From the NCBI GenBank assembly GCA_965197725.1, contig CBDANQ010000057.1, positions 32,001 through 96,000 of the forward strand: a stretch of 64,000 bases of DNA. Reading direction: 5' to 3'. The notes under the pieces were generated by a model. The model did not search any database, was not told the origin of the DNA, and worked only from the letters and a program-made list of their open reading frames with translations. The stretch comes from Longimicrobiales bacterium. Its GTDB lineage: Bacteria; Gemmatimonadota; Gemmatimonadetes; Longimicrobiales; Gaopeijiaceae. Made by a program: the position numbers and the translations under genes. Positions 39,209-49,548 of the stretch are shown here, one piece after another. Numbering within the stretch: the first letter of the stretch is position 1; each line of letters opens with the position of its first letter.

Positions 39209-39760
39209 CTAGGCCCCTATCAGCTCCACGTCTTCCAGGAAGTCCTTCAGCGGATTTGCGACAGCCACGGCCCGCTCGCGGATCGCCTCGGGAAGCACGT
39301 CATCCGCGGGCTCCTCGCCCTTGAGGTGTCGAGAAACTGCCTTACCCAAGAGGCCGTCGGATTCTGCGGCGGCCTGGTGATACTCCGCGTACCGGGCGCT
39401 CACGCGCTGCTCGAATAGAGGCAGTTGCGACTCGGGCGTGCCATGCTCGATCATGTCCTCGAACACCGCCCTGTGGAGCGCGTCGAGCCCTTCGCGTATT
39501 CTCTGGTCCGGCGCGCGGCCGAGAAATGCCAACTGCGCCCCTCTCGTATGCGCCCACATGAAAAAGATCAAAGCCTCTTCGGCTGTGCGATGCGTGGAGC
39601 CTCTGGCGTCTGCTATTGTGTCGATGTCGGGCAGGGGTGTTTCAACGTCTTCCCGAGCGACGAAGTCGGAGAAGCTCTCCCAAACCAGGCGCGCCAGGCT
39701 GTCGCCCAACTCGCCGGGAGTCATCGTCTGAGGGGCTCTGAATTCGTGTACGTCGTCCAT
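39209..39760 (-). CDS. Hypothetical protein
   Basis: Gene-like acidic helical ORF whose TAG stop lies in the IS target CTAG; start uncertain. Confidence 0.7.
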   Translation of the reverse strand: MDDVHEFRAPQTMTPGELGDSLARLVWESFSDFVAREDVETPLPDIDTIADARGSTHRTAEEALIFFMWAHTRGAQLAFLGRAPDQRIREGLDALHRAVFEDMIEHGTPESQLPLFEQRVSARYAEYHQAAAESDGLLGKAVSRHLKGEEPADDVLPEAIRERAVAVANPLKDFLEDVELIGA

Positions 39761-39870
39761 AATCGTGCCCAGCACGGCTCGTTCCTCTTTACCTTGTTCG
39801 GAAGTCACCCCCAATTCCGAGTCGGGACCGGAGAGTGTCAAGGTTTAAGATCATGAGACCGAGGAGATAG

Positions 39871-40578
39871 ATGACCCTTCATTCATTGGGAGTCAGCGTG
39901 GACCATAGACGATCGGGCGCCCGGAGGGCGGCCATTGGGATTCTGACCGTTCTCGCCGGCTGCGCCGGAGTTGCGCCGGAGATCGCCCCACCACGACCGA
40001 TCGTCATTCACTCGGGTGCGAGGCTTCGCGTCGAGCACGAGCGGATGAAGGAGGTCAACGAGTGGGTCACCCGCGAGCAAGAGAACATTGTCGAGGACCC
40101 CACGTTTCTCGTCGAGACCCGACCTTCCACCAACGATGTCTACATCTGGGACCAGCTCGAGATCGAGGGTGACACGGTGCGCACGCCCGTGAACGCCAGT
40201 GTCGCGGACTCCCGGCTCGTGCACGAGATCTACGCGCACCTTCACTTGATGGTGGACATGGGGCGCCAGGACGAGTGGCTTCCCGAGGCGGCTGATGCGG
40301 TGGAGTACGCGCTCGAGCGCGCGATCCTCGCGCGGGTCGCCGATGCGTGGCTTCTCGGGCGCACTGTGTTCGACGTGGCTCCGTACGGACCCCTCGACGA
40401 GTTGATATACGCGAACGAGGCGGGCTTCCTGGACGCGTTCGTCTTCACCGCCCGGCCCTCGGAGTTCGCCGTGGCGCGTGCTGAATGGGCGAGGGCGAAC
40501 CCCGGTGAGACCGACCGTTACCGCGACTGGTTCCTCGAGACGTTCAACAGGGATCCCCCGGGGCTACGCTCGCGCTGA
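39871..40578 (+). CDS. Hypothetical lipoprotein
   Basis: SD GAGGAG; lipobox VLAGC. Confidence 0.75.
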   Translation: MTLHSLGVSVDHRRSGARRAAIGILTVLAGCAGVAPEIAPPRPIVIHSGARLRVEHERMKEVNEWVTREQENIVEDPTFLVETRPSTNDVYIWDQLEIEGDTVRTPVNASVADSRLVHEIYAHLHLMVDMGRQDEWLPEAADAVEYALERAILARVADAWLLGRTVFDVAPYGPLDELIYANEAGFLDAFVFTARPSEFAVARAEWARANPGETDRYRDWFLETFNRDPPGLRSR

Positions 40579-40613
40579 AGTGACCGGAGCGGCGAAGCGT
40601 TCCGGCTCGCCGC

Positions 40614-40928
40614 TCAGGAGGGGGTGACTTCCCAGCGGAGGCCGATAGGGCCGCCGTCGATCTCCTCGATGTGCACATCGATGCGGCCGGTGCGCGCGAG
40701 CCGGTCGTCGCTCGGTTTCCCGCCGAAGAGAGCAAACCCCATCACTCTCAGCAGGCAGCTCTCTCCATCGGGGCCCGTCGCGCGCAGCTCGGCGTTTCGA
40801 AGGGACTTGATGGACGGCGCTTCACCCGACTGGAGTCGGAGCCGTAGAATACGTCCGGAATGCGGGGCATCCAACGCGTCGAGGACGCGAAAGACCAGGC
40901 CCTGGCCGGTGGAACCATCTGCAGACAT
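40614..40928 (-). CDS. Hypothetical small beta-rich protein
   Basis: 104-aa ORF filling the gap between neighbouring genes. Confidence 0.65.
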   Translation of the reverse strand: MSADGSTGQGLVFRVLDALDAPHSGRILRLRLQSGEAPSIKSLRNAELRATGPDGESCLLRVMGFALFGGKPSDDRLARTGRIDVHIEEIDGGPIGLRWEVTPS

Positions 40929-41010
40929 GGAGGAAGATTATCCGCATGACGTTCACGACGGAAGACGGTGAACTCGAGCCGATCATGCGTGAGGATCCGC
41001 CGGAAGAGGG

Positions 41011-41820
41011 ATGAGTCGACTCAGGGACCTCCCCCCCCGCGTAACGGGAGTGCTGTGCCTTGGGGTGATCATGTTCTGGGCAGTGCAGCTCTCGCTCTAC
41101 GTGCTCGCCGGCTTGCCGCTGGTAGACACGATCCTGCTTGCGACTTTGCTCGCCGCGATGCCGGCGCTCGCGGTTGCACAGGTTGCGCTCAGGGAGGAGA
41201 GGGTGATTGAGCGGCTACCGGTCTACTGGAGTTCGATCGCCACGTTGTGGATCCTCGGCACGATCAGCTGGCTGGTTGGCACGCGCACCGACGGGCTCGC
41301 CGCGATCGGCGTCACCTCTCTCGCTCCGGCGCCATTCATCGCCTGGACACTCGGTCTCACCGTCGCGGGGTTGGGCATCATCGTAGCCTTCCGACAGATT
41401 GCCATGGCGCTTCGCTTGCGCGAGAGTCCGCTGCTTCGAGCTCTACTGCCGCGGACGGCCGACGAGCGCAGCGTCTTTGCGATCCTTTCGGTAGCCGCGG
41501 GCGTAGGGGAGGAAGTCGCCTATCGAGGATATGCGATTCCAGTATTGATTCCGGTCGTGGGCCCCGTTGGCGCGCTCGTGCTCACCTCTGCCGTGTTCGG
41601 AGTGCTGCACGTCTATCAAGGGACACTCGGAATCCTCCGAACGACCGCGATGGGTGCAACTCTCGCCGGCGGCTTTCTGCTCTCGGGCTCGCTCCTTCCG
41701 GCGATGATCGCGCACACGCTCATAGATCTTCTGGCGGGCATTGCCATAGCGGATAAACTGCTGTTACCCCTGGCCGGCAACGGGGTAGGGAGTGGGGACG
41801 TACCTCTCCGGAAAAGCTGA
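41011..41820 (+). CDS. CPBP-family intramembrane glutamic endopeptidase
   Basis: EEVAYRG, FGVLHVYQG, AHTLID. Confidence 0.9.
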   Translation: MSRLRDLPPRVTGVLCLGVIMFWAVQLSLYVLAGLPLVDTILLATLLAAMPALAVAQVALREERVIERLPVYWSSIATLWILGTISWLVGTRTDGLAAIGVTSLAPAPFIAWTLGLTVAGLGIIVAFRQIAMALRLRESPLLRALLPRTADERSVFAILSVAAGVGEEVAYRGYAIPVLIPVVGPVGALVLTSAVFGVLHVYQGTLGILRTTAMGATLAGGFLLSGSLLPAMIAHTLIDLLAGIAIADKLLLPLAGNGVGSGDVPLRKS

Positions 41821-41822
41821 GC

Positions 41823-42236
41823 ATGGAAGTCGATCTCGCACTAATCGCCGATGCCGCGACGATCGATGGCTCGGGCAAGCTCAGCGTCCTCGGGATCTTC
41901 GATCGGATTGGCACGTCATCGTTTCCTGCGCGGCATCCTCGCATGGTGCTCGTCCTCCGGTTCATCGCGGCGCTGAACGAGACGGGTAAGCATCAGATCG
42001 GGATCACCCTGAAGGATCCCGCCGGGAAAGAGGTGGTGGGGGTAGACGGGGAGATGCAGCTAGGTCCGGGACCGGTGGGCGGTGGCGGTGGGATTCGGGT
42101 TCCTCACGTGCTGCACTTGGACGGCCTGATTTTTCCCGTTCCGGGCCGGTACGCCTTCGACGTGCGCGTGGACGGGCAGCATCATGCTTCGGTGCCTCTG
42201 ACCGTGTATGGACCGGAGTCCTCTGCCATGGCTTGA
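41823..42236 (+). CDS. DUF6941-like protein
   Basis: ALIADAA..GKLSVLGIFDRI..FP..PGRYAF. Confidence 0.7.
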   Translation: MEVDLALIADAATIDGSGKLSVLGIFDRIGTSSFPARHPRMVLVLRFIAALNETGKHQIGITLKDPAGKEVVGVDGEMQLGPGPVGGGGGIRVPHVLHLDGLIFPVPGRYAFDVRVDGQHHASVPLTVYGPESSAMA

Positions 42237-42321
42237 TCCAGATGGTCCATGGGTGCCATCTCGAGCCGCTTGCAGAAACACTCTGGGGTGCCGATATGTA
42301 GATATGGGGAGAGGCCGCGCC

Positions 42322-42774
42322 ATGGGGCGCGGATCACCCTCGGAGAACACCGTGATCTTTCACTTCTCGTATGAAGAGCTGAGGGCCCTGCGGGCGGGCG
42401 CCGACGTTTTGCTGGAAGGGGCAGGCGTGGCGACGGGCGCGGTATTGGCGCCTTCGGAGAGCCGCGCCTGTGTCGAGGCGCTGCAGCCGCTCCTGCACGG
42501 TGACCTGTCGTTATCGACGCTCGAGGAGTTGTGGGGTGTGCAGACGGCGGTGACCGCCATCGTCGAATGCCTCAGAGCCGAGATGGAATCCGTCGTCGTG
42601 GCGATGCACGCCGCGGACGAGGGTGCCGTTGCCGCCTATTTTGACTTCGCCCACGCCTTCATCGTCTCGCACCGCATCGGCGAGCTGGTGGGTGAGATGG
42701 CGGCACTCATTGCACTCGTGACGGGGTCTCCTCCGACGAACGAGACGGCGCGCGACTTCCAGTTCCCGGACTGA
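42322..42774 (+). CDS. Hypothetical protein
   Basis: Purine-rich SD; operon spacing. Confidence 0.7.
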   Translation: MGRGSPSENTVIFHFSYEELRALRAGADVLLEGAGVATGAVLAPSESRACVEALQPLLHGDLSLSTLEELWGVQTAVTAIVECLRAEMESVVVAMHAADEGAVAAYFDFAHAFIVSHRIGELVGEMAALIALVTGSPPTNETARDFQFPD

Positions 42775-42781
42775 CTTCAGC

Positions 42782-43099
42782 GTGGCCCCGGACCGCGCGA
42801 TAACGCTCGAGAAACTGCTCGAGCGCAATCCCGAGGATTCTCGGCTGCGCTTCGGCCTCGCGCTCGAATACCTGCGCGCAGGCAGATCCCGGGACGGCGT
42901 CCGGGAACTTCGCGCGTACCTCGCCGCTTCAGACGACGAGGGCAACGCCTGGGGCCGCCTGGCGGCGGTGTTACTCGAGATGGGAGAGCACGAAGAGGCT
43001 AAGGACGCCTACCGTCGGGGGATCGAGGCTGCGTACGAGCACGGCCACCCGACTATGGCAGAGGAATTCGAGCAGACGCTGGAAGGCTTGGACTCGTGA
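42782..43099 (+). CDS. Small TPR protein
   Basis: NPEDSRLRFGLALEY; AWGRLA..GEHEEAKDAYRRGI. Confidence 0.85.
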   Translation: MAPDRAITLEKLLERNPEDSRLRFGLALEYLRAGRSRDGVRELRAYLAASDDEGNAWGRLAAVLLEMGEHEEAKDAYRRGIEAAYEHGHPTMAEEFEQTLEGLDS

Positions 43100-43700
43100 T
43101 CGAGCCGAGGGAACTGACTGATTCGGCCGCGGGCTTCGAGGCGGAGGCGCTCCCGCATTTGGATGCGGTGTATCGCTTCGCCCTGAGACTCTGCGGCGCC
43201 CCGGACCAGGCAGAGGACCTCGTTCAGGAGACGTTCCTACGGGCCTACAAGTCCTGGGGGCAGTATACCCGGGGTACGGGGCGGCCAAGAGCTGGTTGTT
43301 CACGATCTGCCGCAACGTGTTCTTGCGAGGGCGAGAGCGCCGTCAGCGACACGACGAGATCGTGACGGAGAACGTGGGGCGGGATGCTCCTGGGTCGAAC
43401 CCGGTGAATCCGGTTTGGGTCTCGGCCCTGGGAGTGGACCCGGAGGGTGACTTCTTCGAGTCCATCGTGGACGCGCGCATCATCCAAGCGATCGACGATC
43501 TGCCCGAGGAGTACCGAACGGCGGTCGTCCTCTCCGATTTGGAGGGGCTTCCGTATGCCGATATCGCCGAACTGATGGAGGTTCCCGTGGGGACGGTGAA
43601 GAGCCGACTCTTCCGGGGGCGCAGACAGCTTCAGAGCGTACTGTATGACTATGCGGTCGAGATGGGATACATCGCGGCGCGCGCTGGAACGGATGAATAG
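43096..43700 (+). CDS. ECF sigma-70 factor (SigH/SigR-like), frameshift in a G run near 43280
   Basis: AEDLVQETFLRAY, AKSWLFTICRN after correction, YADIAELMEVPVGTVKSRLFRGR. Confidence 0.88.
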
Positions 43701-44011
43701 TGTCGATGTCATTCCTGGATAGACTCAAGTCCCTCTTCGCAGACGCGCGCCAGGACGATGGCGGTTCGGCGCTGCCTATTATCTCTTGCGAAGAGGCGCT
43801 CAGCGTCGTTCACGACTTCTTGGACGGCGAGCTGCCGGATGTGTCACAGAAGCAGATGAAGGCACACTTCGACGCTTGTCAGCGTTGCTATCCACACCTC
43901 CACCTAGAAGAGGTCTTTCGAGAGGCGATCCGCCGTGCGGGGACCGAGCAGCAAGCTCCCGCCGGGCTCAAAGTGAAGCTGATGGAGCTTCTTGCGGAGG
44001 CTGACACCTAG
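43700..44011 (+). CDS. Zinc-binding anti-sigma factor (zf-HC2, RsrA/RshA-like)
   Basis: SCEEAL..FLDGEL..HFDACQRC (HxxxCxxC); soluble. Confidence 0.88.
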   Translation: MSMSFLDRLKSLFADARQDDGGSALPIISCEEALSVVHDFLDGELPDVSQKQMKAHFDACQRCYPHLHLEEVFREAIRRAGTEQQAPAGLKVKLMELLAEADT

Positions 44012-44080
44012 CACGAACGTTGGGGCCGCGGAGCGGCTCCTCCCCGTTTTCAAGGGGCTGCCTATTGCCTGGGAGACGGA

Positions 44081-46606
44081 ATGGCTACGGCCCCCAAACG
44101 GGAACGGATTGTTCCTCGCCTCCTCGAAGAGGAGATGCGTGAGTCGTTTCTAGACTATTCGATGAGCGTGATCGTGCAGCGCGCTCTGCCCGATGTACGG
44201 GACGGGCTCAAGCCCGTACACCGCCGGATCCTGTACGCGATGTACGAGCTCGGATTGAACCCGGACCGACCGTACAAGAAGTGCGCGACCGTCGTCGGCG
44301 ACGTGCTCGGTAAGTATCACCCGCACGGAGACTCCGCCGTCTATGACGCGCTCGTGCGCATGGTGCAGGAGTTCTCGCTGCGCATGCCCTTGGTGGATGG
44401 ACAGGGCAACTTCGGGTCGATCGACGGAGATTCGGCCGCGGCGTACCGCTATACCGAGGCTCGACTGAGGGCGCTCGCGGTCGACCTTCTCGACGACATC
44501 CACAAGGAAACGGTCGACTTCCAGCCCAACTTCGACAATCAGCTCGAAGAGCCGATCGTGCTACCGGCTCGTTTTCCGAACCTGTTGGTCAACGGCTCCT
44601 CGGGCATCGCCGTCGGCATGAGCACCAACGTGCCGCCGCACAGCCTTCGGGAAGTCGCGGCAGGTGTTCGGCAGCTCGTCGTAGACCCCGGCTGCTCGAT
44701 CGACGACCTCATGCGACACATCCCGGGGCCGGATTTTCCCACGGGCGGGTTCATCGTGGGGACAGAGGCCATCGGCAAATTGTACCGGGAGGGCCGCGGG
44801 AGGGTGATCATGCGAGGCCGCGCCGTGAGGGAGTCGCGCCGCGGCGGAAAGCAGCAGCTCGTCGTCACCGAGCTGCCGTACGCGGTCTCGAAGACCAAAA
44901 TCATCGAGCAAATCGCGAAGCTGGCCAAGGCTGGGCGGGCCGAGGAGGTCTCCGACATCCGCGACGAGAGCGACCGCGACGGGATCCGTCTCGTGATCGA
45001 GCTGAAGCGGGGCGCCGATGCCGCGACCGCGCTGCGGATGCTGCAGCAGCGTACCAGCCTTCAGACTACGTTCGGCGCTCATCTGCTGGCGCTCGACAAG
45101 GGGCAACCGAGGGAGTTCGACCTCAAGCAGATGCTCGAGCGTTTCCGGGACCACCGACTCGAGGTAGTCCAGCGGCGCTCGCGTCACGAGCTCGAGAAAG
45201 CCGAAGCCGAGCGTCACATCGTAGAGGGGCTGTTGGCGGCGCTCGAGCGCATCGAGGAGGTCATCAAGATCATCCGCGGTTCGGAGAACCGTGCGGAGGC
45301 CTCGCACAACCTCCAGGATCGCTTCGGGCTGAGCGATGTTCAGGCCGATGCCATCCTCAACATGCGACTCGCCAAGCTGACCGCGCTCCAGCAGTCGCAG
45401 CTCACGAAGCGCATCGCGGAGCTCGAGGCGACGATCAAGGAGCTGCAGGAGATCCTTGGCTCCGAGGAGCTTCAGCTCGAAGTGATGCTCGAGGAGTTGG
45501 CCGAGGTCGTCAAGAAGTATGGGGATGCGCGGCGCACCGTGATTCTCGACGACCAGGAGAAGGAGCTCGAGACCACGTCGGTCGAGCAACAGCTCGCGGA
45601 TGAGGACGTGGTCGTGACGCTCTCGCACGAAGGCTTCGTGAAGCGGATCCCGATGCACCTATACCGGCGACGCGTAGGCTCAGGCAAAGCGCTCGCGGGT
45701 ATGGAGCGGTACGAGGACGACTATATCGAGCGCATCTTCGTCGGCCGCACTTCGGGCTGGATTCTCACCTTCACCGCCAACGGCCACTGTCGCTTCCTGC
45801 CGGTAGTCGACGTGCCGGAGAGTGCTCGTGCGTCGCGAGGTCAGTCGGTCTACTCGCTGCTCGAGGGTGCGGATCGGAAAGACCGCATCGTGTCGATGAT
45901 TCCGGTGGACGATCTCAATGTGGACGATCGTTACCTGGTCTTCGTCTCCCGACAGGGAGTCGTGAAGCGAACCCCGGTCTCGGAGTTCGCCAGCGTACGG
46001 GCTGGGGGCGTCAAGGCTGCAGGGGTGAAGGCCGGGGACGTTATCCTGGATGTTGCTCTGTCGGATGGGGCTGCGGAGGTCATGCTGCTCTCCCGGTCTG
46101 GGAGGGCGATCCGATTCCCCGAGGACGACATCACTGTCGTCGGTCGCACCGCACAAGGCGTGAAGGGCATGAGCCTCAAAGACGATGAGGTCGTGGGCAT
46201 GGTGATGATTCGCCACGACAGCACTGTGCTCACCGTGAGCGAGGACGGCTCGGGCAAGCGCACGCCGGTGTCCGACTTTCCGCTTCAAAAGCGTGGTGGC
46301 CTCGGCACCCTCGCGGTCTCCGGTGGAGCGGACCTTGCGCCGATCGTGTGCGCGCTCGAGGTGCTGGAGGCGGACGAGGTCATGATCGTCACGGCGAGCG
46401 GGCAGGTGACGCGAGCCGCGGCGGACTCGGTGCCGCTTCAGGGCCGGCGGACCCAGGGCCGGAGCATGACTCGCATCGAAGCGGGCGACAGAGTCGTCGA
46501 GGTCACTCGCGCCCAGGGGCGCGGCGGAGCACCGGCGCGCGACGACGTTTCCACCGATGCGGATGGACAGCTCGACCTCCTCTCTGAGACAGGAAGGGAG
46601 AGTTGA
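44081..46606 (+). CDS. gyrA: Type IIA topoisomerase subunit A (GyrA/ParC family)
   Basis: [31 protein letters not shown] (catalytic Tyr), pinwheel CTD; GyrA-box degenerate, so may be ParC-like. Confidence 0.85.
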   Translation: MATAPKRERIVPRLLEEEMRESFLDYSMSVIVQRALPDVRDGLKPVHRRILYAMYELGLNPDRPYKKCATVVGDVLGKYHPHGDSAVYDALVRMVQEFSLRMPLVDGQGNFGSIDGDSAAAYRYTEARLRALAVDLLDDIHKETVDFQPNFDNQLEEPIVLPARFPNLLVNGSSGIAVGMSTNVPPHSLREVAAGVRQLVVDPGCSIDDLMRHIPGPDFPTGGFIVGTEAIGKLYREGRGRVIMRGRAVRESRRGGKQQLVVTELPYAVSKTKIIEQIAKLAKAGRAEEVSDIRDESDRDGIRLVIELKRGADAATALRMLQQRTSLQTTFGAHLLALDKGQPREFDLKQMLERFRDHRLEVVQRRSRHELEKAEAERHIVEGLLAALERIEEVIKIIRGSENRAEASHNLQDRFGLSDVQADAILNMRLAKLTALQQSQLTKRIAELEATIKELQEILGSEELQLEVMLEELAEVVKKYGDARRTVILDDQEKELETTSVEQQLADEDVVVTLSHEGFVKRIPMHLYRRRVGSGKALAGMERYEDDYIERIFVGRTSGWILTFTANGHCRFLPVVDVPESARASRGQSVYSLLEGADRKDRIVSMIPVDDLNVDDRYLVFVSRQGVVKRTPVSEFASVRAGGVKAAGVKAGDVILDVALSDGAAEVMLLSRSGRAIRFPEDDITVVGRTAQGVKGMSLKDDEVVGMVMIRHDSTVLTVSEDGSGKRTPVSDFPLQKRGGLGTLAVSGGADLAPIVCALEVLEADEVMIVTASGQVTRAAADSVPLQGRRTQGRSMTRIEAGDRVVEVTRAQGRGGAPARDDVSTDADGQLDLLSETGRES

Positions 46607-47750
46607 TGAAGTTCTTGGTGCTTGGTGGGGGCGCGCAGGGCTCCGCGTGTGCGTTCGACCTAGTGCGTCGCGAAGACGTGGAACACGTCATTCTCGTGGA
46701 CGCGGACACATGCGGCTCCAGGGACTTTCTGCTGCCGTTCGTGGGTGGGAAACTCGAGCGACGCGTCGTAGATGCGAGGGACGCCGACCAGGTGCGAGGC
46801 GCGATGAGGGGTGTCGATGCCGTCGCGTGTGCGTTGCCATACTACTTCAATCTGGAGATGACGCGACTCGCGATCGACGTGGGCGCGCACGTCTGTGACC
46901 TCGGCGGCAACACTGAGATCGTCGACAAGCAAAAGGAGCTATCGGACCTCGCCAAGGGAGCGGGCGTGTGCGCCGTGCCCGACTGCGGTTTGGCGCCGGG
47001 TATGGTGAACGTTCTCGCCCAGGGCGGAATCGACGTGATGGACGAGACCGAGTCGGTTGAGATTTTCGTGGGTGGCCTACCTCAGAATCCCAAGCCGCCA
47101 CTCAACTACCAAGTCGTCTATTCGATGGAGGGCGTGCTCGACTACTACACGACGCCCGTGCTCGTGCTCGAGAACGGCGAAGTGGTCGAGAAGGAGCCTC
47201 TCACCGGAACGGAGACCGTGACGTTCGAGGCCCTGGGGGAGCTCGAGGCGTTCTTCACAGCGGGGGGGATCTCGCGCATGCCGTACCGCTATCAGGGCAA
47301 GGTCTCGTCGATGTCGTAACAAGACGCTTCGCTACCCAGGGCACGCGGCACTCATGAAGGCGATGCGGGACCTCGGGCTCATGGACCTCGAGCCCCGCCA
47401 GCTGAGCGGCGTGCCGGTCGTGCCGAGAGAGGTCCTCATCGACATCTTGAGTGAGCAGCTGCGCAGTCCGGAAGGCGACGATCTCGTCGCCATGCGCGTC
47501 ATCGTGAAGGGGACGAAGGAGGGCGTACCCAAGACCGTCTCGTACGAGCTGGTCGACTACCACGATGAGGAAAACGGCGTCACCGCGATGATGCGCACGA
47601 CCGGCTACTCGTTGGCCGCCACTGCGTATCTGCAGGCGTCCGGCGTCATAGCCGTGGGGGTGCATACGTGCTCGGAGGTGCGTGCCCGTCGACGACTACG
47701 TCGCCGATCTGCGGGGACGCGGAATGATGATCGAGCGGGCGGAGAGCTAG
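46603..47750 (+). CDS. Saccharopine/lysine 6-dehydrogenase family protein, frameshifts near 47318 and 47678
   Basis: GGGAQG, DLGGN, CGLAPG, VGGLP; corrected [16 protein letters not shown]. Confidence 0.85.
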
Positions 47751-47775
47751 CAGCCTCTTGCGTAGTTCGCGCGTC

Positions 47776-49531
47776 CTAGTTCCGTCTGCCCATCGTCACC
47801 GTCAGCGTGACCCGCTCGCCGTCTCGCTCGACGACGATCTCCACGATGTCGTCCGGCTTGGTGCCCTGCAGGGCATAGGTATAAGCGTAGATGTCGCCGA
47901 CCGCCTTTCCGTCGAACTCGACGACTACGTCGCCGGCGCGCAGGCCGCTCTTCTCGGCGGGGCTCCCCTCCCGCACTCCGTTCAGTCTCAAGCCGAAGTC
48001 ACGTGGGGTCATGTCAGGGATCGACCCCAAGTACGCGTCGCCGTAGCCGCTGCTCGACGATGAGCCGCCCGGTGCGGAGGGCTGGTCCTGCTCGAGAGCC
48101 GTCATGTACACGGTCTGCGCTCCACCAGCGGCGAGACGGCCTGTTACCAGGGCCGTGAGCTCGGCAACACGGTGCAGACCGTCCGCGTTGATGCGTTGCC
48201 AATCGTCGGACGGTCGGTGGTAGTCCGCGTGAGTGTTGGTGAAGAAGTGCAGGACCGGGATCCCCTCCAGGTAGAAGGACTGGTGGTCTGAGGCGCCGTA
48301 CCCATCGGGCGCCCGGGCGATCTCCAGGGGGCGGCTCATGTCCGCGCTCGCCAAGTCCACGATCCCGCCCCACTCCTCCGCGGTACCGAAGCCGAAGATG
48401 GTGACATTGTCTTCGGTCATGCGCCCGACCATGTCGAGGTTGAGCATGGCCACGGCGCCGCCGATATCGAGGGTCGGGTCCATGACCCAGTATTGCGAGC
48501 CCCACAGCCCGCGCTCTTCACCCGTAAACGTCATGAAGAGAACGCTCCGGTCGGGGCGCGGGCCCGCGGCCAGCGCCCGGGCGATCTCGATCACCGCGGC
48601 GGTCCCGCTCGCGTTGTCGTCGGCGCCGTTGTGCACGTCGCGGGAGTCGGGCGCCAGCGAGCCCTCCCCCCCGAAACCGAGATGATCATAGTGCGCCCCG
48701 ACGATCACGTACTCGTCTCGTAGCTCAGGATCACTGCCCGGTAGGAGGGCGACGACGTTGCGGGCCTCCATGGTCGTCGCGCTGACTTCGGTGACCACGT
48801 TCGCGCGCGAGGACGCGTTTGCGGCTGCGCGGATCTCGTCAGCCACGTCCCCGCTCACGACCGCCACGGGGATGTCCAGGGTAGCCCGGATCTCTCCCCT
48901 CGAGTGACGGGAGCGGCATCCCCTCGGGGGCTAGCACCAGGAGGCCTGCTGCGTCCCGCCCAGCCATGACCGTCGCTTTGAAGTGCGGGGCGCCACGCAG
49001 CGAGCTGCCGTGCGCGTTATCGGGATCACCCCACTCGACCACGACGATCTTACCCGTCAGGTCGATGTGCGCGTACCGGTCGTCCGGATTGCCCGGGCGG
49101 CTGAGGCCGTGTCCCCCGTAAAGGAGCTCGCGTTCGAACCGGCCGCTGGCCGAGAAGCCGAGCGGCGTCCATTCGCTTCCTAGGGCGTACTGAGTCCCGC
49201 CAATGACGAGTGCGTTCGCGTTCCCGCGCTCGGACCCATTTCGGAGTCGGAACGTTTGGAAGAAACTGCCGTCTCCGCCGGCGGGCTCGAGGCCCATCTC
49301 GCGGAACTCTGCGGCGATGTAGTCTGCGGCGCAGCGGGCGCCCCTAGATCCGACTTCACGGCCCTCGAGGCGGTCATCCGCAAGATACCGGATGTGCGCC
49401 ATCGCCCGGTCCTCCACATTCGTGGCGTCGCCCGGAGTGGGGCACGTCTCCTGGGCGGAGGCGGGTGGGGCGAAAGCCAGCAACACGGCCGCGAACGCGG
49501 CTTCGACGTTTTTGAGCGACATCTGGGTCAT
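47776..49531 (-). CDS. M28 aminopeptidase with PA and C-terminal PDZ domains, frameshift near 48898
   Basis: Signal peptide; [54 protein letters not shown]. Confidence 0.88.
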
Positions 49532-49548
49532 CTGCGAAGGAAGCTTTC

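Noticed and set aside
44020..44052. Terminator-like hairpin upstream of the gyrA-like gene
   Set aside because: Short stem with the U-tract displaced from it; not supportable without data
47310..47325. Programmed frameshift or readthrough in the dehydrogenase
   Set aside because: One extra A breaks the conserved YKTLRY motif; no slippery site; fits the window-wide indel pattern
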